Shown piece by piece: positions 17,056-21,341 of a stretch of DNA of 21,341 nt (position 1 is its first letter; each line of letters opens with the position of its first letter). Source of the stretch: Terrimicrobiaceae bacterium (GTDB lineage: Bacteria; Verrucomicrobiota; Verrucomicrobiia; Chthoniobacterales; Terrimicrobiaceae). Position numbers and translations under genes: made by a program. The stretch is from the NCBI GenBank assembly GCA_041752695.1, contig JBGSVZ010000021.1, positions 1 to 21,341 on the forward strand, read 5' to 3'. Under the pieces are notes generated by a model. The model did not search any database. It had not been told where the DNA came from and worked only from the letters and a program-made list of their open reading frames with translations.

Positions 17056-17474
17056 GTGGGGCTGGGGGCCAGGGGCCGGGGGCCAAAGTGGGGAAAGAGG
17101 ACGCCCTGCGGAGGTTTGGCGCTTATCTGAAAGCGTTGGAACTTTTTGATGCGGTTGCGCAGGACATGGAGGAACTCGTGGGCAAGCCTCATTTGCTCCG
17201 TTTGATTTCCCAGCAACTGGCGTCTGCGGACTCCATCGCGGCAAATATTGAAGAAGGCTACGGAAGAGGAAGCCGGAGAGACTACGTCAAATTTTTGATC
17301 ATCTCCAGGGGGTCCGCGCGTGAAACGGCAGGCCGTTACCAGCGTTTCCAACACTGGATACCCGAAGATCGAATCGCCCCCCGCATTCAGCTCTGTCGGG
17401 AGATCATCGCCATTCTTTCCTCTTCCATCCTGTCACTTCGTGCGGCCGAAACCGCAACGGCTTCCAAGTCGTGA
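17052..17474 (+). CDS. Four-helix-bundle protein (23S rRNA intervening-sequence protein / Avd-like family)
   Basis: 140 aa from ATG 17052, which overlaps the GT2 stop as ATGA. Family motifs AYLKALEL and LISQQLASADSIAANIEEGYGRGSRRDYVKFLIISRGSARET. Confidence 0.9.
   Translation: MSGAGGQGPGAKVGKEDALRRFGAYLKALELFDAVAQDMEELVGKPHLLRLISQQLASADSIAANIEEGYGRGSRRDYVKFLIISRGSARETAGRYQRFQHWIPEDRIAPRIQLCREIIAILSSSILSLRAAETATASKS
17058..17085 (+). repeat. Tandem heptamer array 4 x GGGGCYR (left arm of an inverted pair)
   Basis: GGGGCTG GGGGCCA GGGGCCG GGGGCCA, read directly from the sequence. Confidence 0.9.
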
Positions 17475-17500
17475 ACAACGGCTCTCGCTCAAGACCCCCC

Positions 17501-17528
17501 TGGCCCTCGGCCCCCGGCCACCGGCCCT
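17501..17528 (-). repeat. Tandem heptamer array 4 x YGGCCMY (right arm, reverse complement of 17058..17085)
   Basis: TGGCCCT CGGCCCC CGGCCAC CGGCCCT. It pairs with the left arm over 28 positions: 23 Watson-Crick, 3 G-U, 2 mismatches. Confidence 0.88.
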
Positions 17529-17535
17529 CCCCGCC

Positions 17536-19368
17536 ATGTGCGGCATAACGGGATTCCTGGGCGCGGGCGACCGCGGAGACCTCGCCCGCATGACGCAGCG
17601 GCTCACGCATCGCGGGCCGGACGCCGAGGGGCTTTTTGTCGATGGGCCGGTGCACCTCGGCCACCGGAGGCTTTCCATCGTGGATCTTTCCTGCGGTGCC
17701 CAGCCGATGCAGACCGTCGACAGGCAGCTCACCATCGTTTTTAACGGCGAGATCTACAACCACCGGGAACTGCGAGCCGAGTTGCAGGCCCTCGGCTGCG
17801 TTTTTCAGACCGACCATTCCGATACCGAAGTCCTCCTTCATGGCTACCGCCAATGGGGGCCGGGCTTTGTCGATCGGCTCAACGGCATGTGGGCCTTCGC
17901 CCTTTGGGATGCACCAAACTCCCGGCTGTTTCTTTCCCGGGATCGCTTTGGCAAAAAACCCCTCTATTGGTTTTTCCGCAACGGCACGTTCGCATTCGCC
18001 TCGGAACTCACCGCCCTGCTCGAACACCCCGCCGCGCCGCGCAGTGTCTCGCCCCGCGCCGTGCAAAAGTTTTTTGCCTATGCGCTGATTCCCGCGCCGC
18101 TCTCCATCATCGAGGGCATTTGGAAACTCCCGGCCGCGCACAACCTCACGGTCTCCCTCGGCTCGGAACCCCGCGTGACCCGCTACTGGCGGTATGTGTT
18201 GGAACCGGATGAATCGTTGGCTTCCCGCCCCGAGGAGGAACTCGCCACCGCGCTGCGCAAAACCCTGGACGCCGCGGTGAAACGGCGCCTCATGGCCGAC
18301 GTCCCGCTCGGCGTCTTCCTCAGCGGCGGCATCGACTCCACCGCCATCGCCGCGCTTGCAACCCAACACGTCGCAGCGGGGCAACTCCAGACCTTCAGCA
18401 TCGGATTCACCGAACCCAGCTTCGACGAATCCGCCTTCGCCCAACGCGCCGCGGAATATCTGGGCACCCGGCACGAACTCGAAATCCTCGACCTCGACAA
18501 AGCCGTCGATGTCCTGCCGCAGATCTTCGACCAACTCGACGAACCGCAGGGCGACAACTCGCTCCTGCCCACCTGGCTGCTCAGCCGCTTCACCCGCCGC
18601 CATGTGACCGTCGCACTCGGAGGCGACGGTGGCGACGAACTTTTTGCCGGCTACGACACCTTCCGCGGACTCGCCCATGCGGAGACCTACGACCGCCTCG
18701 TTCCGAAACCGCTCCACCACGCCCTGCGCGCCCTAGCCGGCCGACTCCCCGTCTCCGACGCAAACCTGAGCCTCGATTTCAAAATCAAACGCGGCCTCCG
18801 CGGAGCCTCGTATCCGCCCCGGATCTGGAACCCCGTCTGGCTTGGCGCCCTCGAACCCGGCGATATCGCCCGTCTCACCGGCCAGCCCGCCGACATCGAA
18901 GATCTGTATTCCGAGGCGATCGAAACCTGGGACGCCTGCGGCCAAAAAAACCTCACCGACCGCACGCTGCAATTTTACACCGAAATCTATCTTCAGGACG
19001 GCATCCTCGCCAAGGTCGACCGCGCCACCATGATGCACGGCCTCGAAGCCCGCAGCCCTTTCCTCGACATTGAGGTGGCCGACTTTGCCCGCCGCCTCCC
19101 GCACCGCTTTAAGCTCCGTGATGGCATCACAAAATATCTCCTGAAAAAAGCCCTCGAGCCCATCCTCCCCGCCGACATCATTTACCGCAAAAAGAAGGGT
19201 TTCGGCACACCGGTCGGCGCGTGGTTCCGCACCGGACATCTCTCCCCGCGGCCCGATGGAAAATTCCTCGAAGAAAAACTGGCCGCCCACCGCGCCGGCC
19301 AGGCCGACGAACGCCTCTACCTCTGGTGCCAGCTCTGCCTCGGCGAATGGCTGGAGCGGCGCGCATGA
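17536..19368 (+). CDS. asnB: Asparagine synthase (glutamine-hydrolysing) family amidotransferase
   Basis: N-terminal MCGITG (Ntn Cys), HRGPD, LGHRRLSIVDL, FNGEIYNH, SDTEV, RDRFGKKPLY, LSGGIDS, GDGGDELFAGY, KVDRATM..GLEARSPFLD and RKKKGF. The true start is the MCG ATG at 17536, not 17320. Confidence 0.95.
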   Translation: MCGITGFLGAGDRGDLARMTQRLTHRGPDAEGLFVDGPVHLGHRRLSIVDLSCGAQPMQTVDRQLTIVFNGEIYNHRELRAELQALGCVFQTDHSDTEVLLHGYRQWGPGFVDRLNGMWAFALWDAPNSRLFLSRDRFGKKPLYWFFRNGTFAFASELTALLEHPAAPRSVSPRAVQKFFAYALIPAPLSIIEGIWKLPAAHNLTVSLGSEPRVTRYWRYVLEPDESLASRPEEELATALRKTLDAAVKRRLMADVPLGVFLSGGIDSTAIAALATQHVAAGQLQTFSIGFTEPSFDESAFAQRAAEYLGTRHELEILDLDKAVDVLPQIFDQLDEPQGDNSLLPTWLLSRFTRRHVTVALGGDGGDELFAGYDTFRGLAHAETYDRLVPKPLHHALRALAGRLPVSDANLSLDFKIKRGLRGASYPPRIWNPVWLGALEPGDIARLTGQPADIEDLYSEAIETWDACGQKNLTDRTLQFYTEIYLQDGILAKVDRATMMHGLEARSPFLDIEVADFARRLPHRFKLRDGITKYLLKKALEPILPADIIYRKKKGFGTPVGAWFRTGHLSPRPDGKFLEEKLAAHRAGQADERLYLWCQLCLGEWLERRA

Positions 19369-19428
19369 TTTTTAAATTGCTCAGTCTGAGAGGCGAAGTG
19401 AAAAACCTGTAGGTAAAAAGGGAGCCAC

Positions 19429-21099
19429 ATGAAGGAGGAGGAAATGCAGTCCCTGCTAACACGGCTCATTGCGGAGTGGGAGAATGAGGTGGTGGAATTC
19501 AAGCAGGCGGGAAACGACTACGACACCGACAAAATCGGGCGTTATTTCGCGGCACTCTCCAATGAAGCCAACTTGCGGGATCAGGATCGGAGTTGGCTTG
19601 TCTTTGGGGTCAGCAACAAAACCCGCATGGTGGTCGGAAGCGACTATCGCACCGAGCGGGAACGACTCAACGGGCTCAAGCAGCAGATTGCCAGCGATAC
19701 AGAGCCCGGGTTGACCTTTCGGGAAATTCACGTCCTCGAGAACCCGGAAGGTCGGGTGATTCTTTTTGAGATCCCCTCCGCCCCACTAGGTATTCCAATC
19801 TCATGGAAGGGTCACTACTACGCGCGGGCGGGGGAAAGTTTGGCTCCCCTGGGTTTGGACAAACTGGACACCATTCGCAACCAAACCCGTGCAACGGACT
19901 GGAGCGCGCAAGTGGTGGAAGGAGCCAACCAGTCCCACCTCAATCCTTCAGCCTTGAAGCGGGCCCGGGAGAACTTTACCCGGAAATATGCCAATCGGTT
20001 CGAGGAGGGTGAAGTGAAGGTTTGGCCGGACCCGGTCTTTCTTGATCGTGCCAGACTGACCATCGAAGGCCGACTCACACTTGCCGCACTGTTGCTTCTT
20101 GGCACGGCGGAGGCGGCGCATTTTCTCTCTCCCCATCCCGCGCAAATAACGTGGCGGCTGGAAGGCGCGGAACGCGCGTACCAGCATTTCGGTCCGCCCT
20201 TCCTGCTCAACACCACGGCTCTTTATCAGAAGATTCGTAATATCCAATTACGCATCCTGCCGGAGGATGAGCTGCTGGCGATTGAGCTGGCCAAATACGA
20301 TCAAAAGATCGTGCTCGAAGCCCTGCACAACTGTATTGCCCATCAGGATTATCGGCGCGACGAACGAATCGTCGTCATAGAGCAGCCTGATGGTCTGATT
20401 TTTGAAAATGCCGGACCTTTCTTTGAAGGGTTGCCCGCCGACTACCTGACCGGCCATAGAACCCCCCGTCGCTATCGAAATCCGTTTCTGGCGCAAGCGA
20501 TGGTCGAATTGAACATGATCGACACCATGGGATATGGCATTCATGAAATGTATCTCGGCCAGGCCCGGAGGTTTTTCCCCTTGCCCGATTTCGACCTTTC
20601 GGACGCGGGAACGGTCAGGATGAAGTTGCCAGGCCGTATCGTGGATCCTGCCTACACCCGCTTGTTGATCCAAAAATCGGATCTGCCATTGGTTGATGTC
20701 ATTGCGTTGGACCGGGTGCAGAAGCAGCTTCCCTTGACTGCGGAGACCATCAGGCATCTCAAACGGTCGAAATTGATCGAGGGCCGCAAACCGAATTTTC
20801 ACGTCTCCGCAGCAGTCGCCAGCGCGGCGGAGACCAGAGCTGCCTACATCAAGACCAGAGCGTTGGATGACAGGTTCTACCGAAAACTCGTCACCGAATA
20901 TCTGGAAAAATTTGGCAGCGCGAGCCGGGCGGATATCGACGATCTCCTGCTGGACAAATTGAGCGATGGGCTCGATGAGCGGCAGAAGCTTTCAAAAATT
21001 AAAAACCTTCTGACAGCAATGCGCCGCAACGGAATTATCCGGAATGAAGGCCCGCGCAAAACTCCCCGGTGGGAACTCCGCACCCCGGATGCACCATAA
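19429..21099 (+). CDS. Schlafen/AlbA_2 domain protein with HATPase-like (RecG C-terminal type) and C-terminal winged-HTH domains
   Basis: AlbA_2 motifs ENEVVEFK, YFAALSN, WLVFGV and YYARAGES. HATPase_c_4-like motifs LEALHNCIAHQDY and YRNPFLAQAMVELNMIDTMGYGI. wHTH-like tail ending GPRKTPRW. SD GGGAG at 19420-19424. Confidence 0.88.
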   Translation: MKEEEMQSLLTRLIAEWENEVVEFKQAGNDYDTDKIGRYFAALSNEANLRDQDRSWLVFGVSNKTRMVVGSDYRTERERLNGLKQQIASDTEPGLTFREIHVLENPEGRVILFEIPSAPLGIPISWKGHYYARAGESLAPLGLDKLDTIRNQTRATDWSAQVVEGANQSHLNPSALKRARENFTRKYANRFEEGEVKVWPDPVFLDRARLTIEGRLTLAALLLLGTAEAAHFLSPHPAQITWRLEGAERAYQHFGPPFLLNTTALYQKIRNIQLRILPEDELLAIELAKYDQKIVLEALHNCIAHQDYRRDERIVVIEQPDGLIFENAGPFFEGLPADYLTGHRTPRRYRNPFLAQAMVELNMIDTMGYGIHEMYLGQARRFFPLPDFDLSDAGTVRMKLPGRIVDPAYTRLLIQKSDLPLVDVIALDRVQKQLPLTAETIRHLKRSKLIEGRKPNFHVSAAVASAAETRAAYIKTRALDDRFYRKLVTEYLEKFGSASRADIDDLLLDKLSDGLDERQKLSKIKNLLTAMRRNGIIRNEGPRKTPRWELRTPDAP

Positions 21100-21163
21100 A
21101 AACCAGAGAGCGCACTATAAATGCAGAATAATTTTGAAGATCAGTCTTTTGTAACCTCCTTGA

Positions 21164-21183
21164 AATCAATATCTTGCTATACT
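21164..21183 (+). promoter_or_regulatory. IHF-consensus site overlapping an extended -10 element
   Basis: AATCAATATCTTG (21164-21176) matches WATCAANNNNTTR. TGcTATACT (21175-21183) is an extended -10 upstream of the GT4 gene. Confidence 0.4.
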
Positions 21184-21257
21184 TTTCGACCTTCGCATAC
21201 CTGCGTAAAGTTCAAATTTAATCAGCTGATATTCCAGGGACGGTTGGTCAACCCAGC

Positions 21258-21341
21258 ATGAAAATCCTCGTCCTCTGCTACGAATACCCGCCCGTGGGCG
21301 GTGGCGGCGGACGCGTTGCGGCGCAGGTCGCGGCGGGGCTC
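21258..21341 (+). CDS. Family 4 glycosyltransferase, N-terminal fragment (continues past the right edge)
   Basis: MKILVLCYEYPPVGGGGGRVAAQVAAGL is a typical GT4 N-terminus. Confidence 0.8.
   Translation, partial: MKILVLCYEYPPVGGGGGRVAAQVAAGL

Noticed and set aside
17052..17528. Diversity-generating retroelement, IS/MITE or CRISPR interpretation of the four-helix gene and repeats
   Set aside because: No reverse transcriptase, TR/VR pair, transposase, clear target-site duplication or spacer-separated repeats were seen in the window.
16821..17535. Extended starts for the four-helix-bundle gene (16821) and asnB (17320), suggesting fusions or long overlaps
   Set aside because: AsnB needs Cys at position 2 (MCG at 17536), and the four-helix gene has an ATGA-coupled start at 17052. 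The extensions are non-homologous read-back.
16063..18720. Minus-strand ORFs 16063..17244 and 17404..18720
   Set aside because: They are shadows of the GT2 and asnB genes.
17536..19368. AsnB as a lasso-peptide cyclase partnering the PqqD-like domain
   Set aside because: It has a full Ntn glutaminase domain and sits among glycosyltransferases. No lasso precursor or B2 protease was seen.

Overview
This is a GC-rich bacterial window. Short or absent leaders and weak Shine-Dalgarno use would fit a Verrucomicrobia/PVC-type genome, but that is only an inference. The left ~16 kb looks like an orphan biosynthetic cluster for a sulfated lipid or polyketide. It opens with the 5' part of a large iterative type I PKS/FAS on the minus strand, which runs off the left edge and is missing from the ORF track. 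The PKS has two N-terminal FMN TIM-barrel (NPD/FabK/PfaD-like) domains ahead of an intact ketosynthase. It is followed by an alpha/beta hydrolase, a TauD-family dioxygenase, two divergently transcribed paralogous beta-propeller proteins, three related sulfotransferases, an unknown protein, a PqqD-like/M50-like/HlyD fusion lacking the protease motif, and a TPR protein. The right part is a glycan-modification run (GT2, AsnB-type amidotransferase, start of a GT4) interrupted by two apparent insertions. The first is a four-helix-bundle (23S-IVP family) gene bracketed by inverted 7-mer repeat arrays. These arrays could form a 28-bp RNA stem that loops the gene out and brings the GT2 stop next to the asnB start. 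The second is a Schlafen/AlbA_2-HATPase-wHTH gene. No rRNA, tRNA, CRISPR array or transposase was seen.
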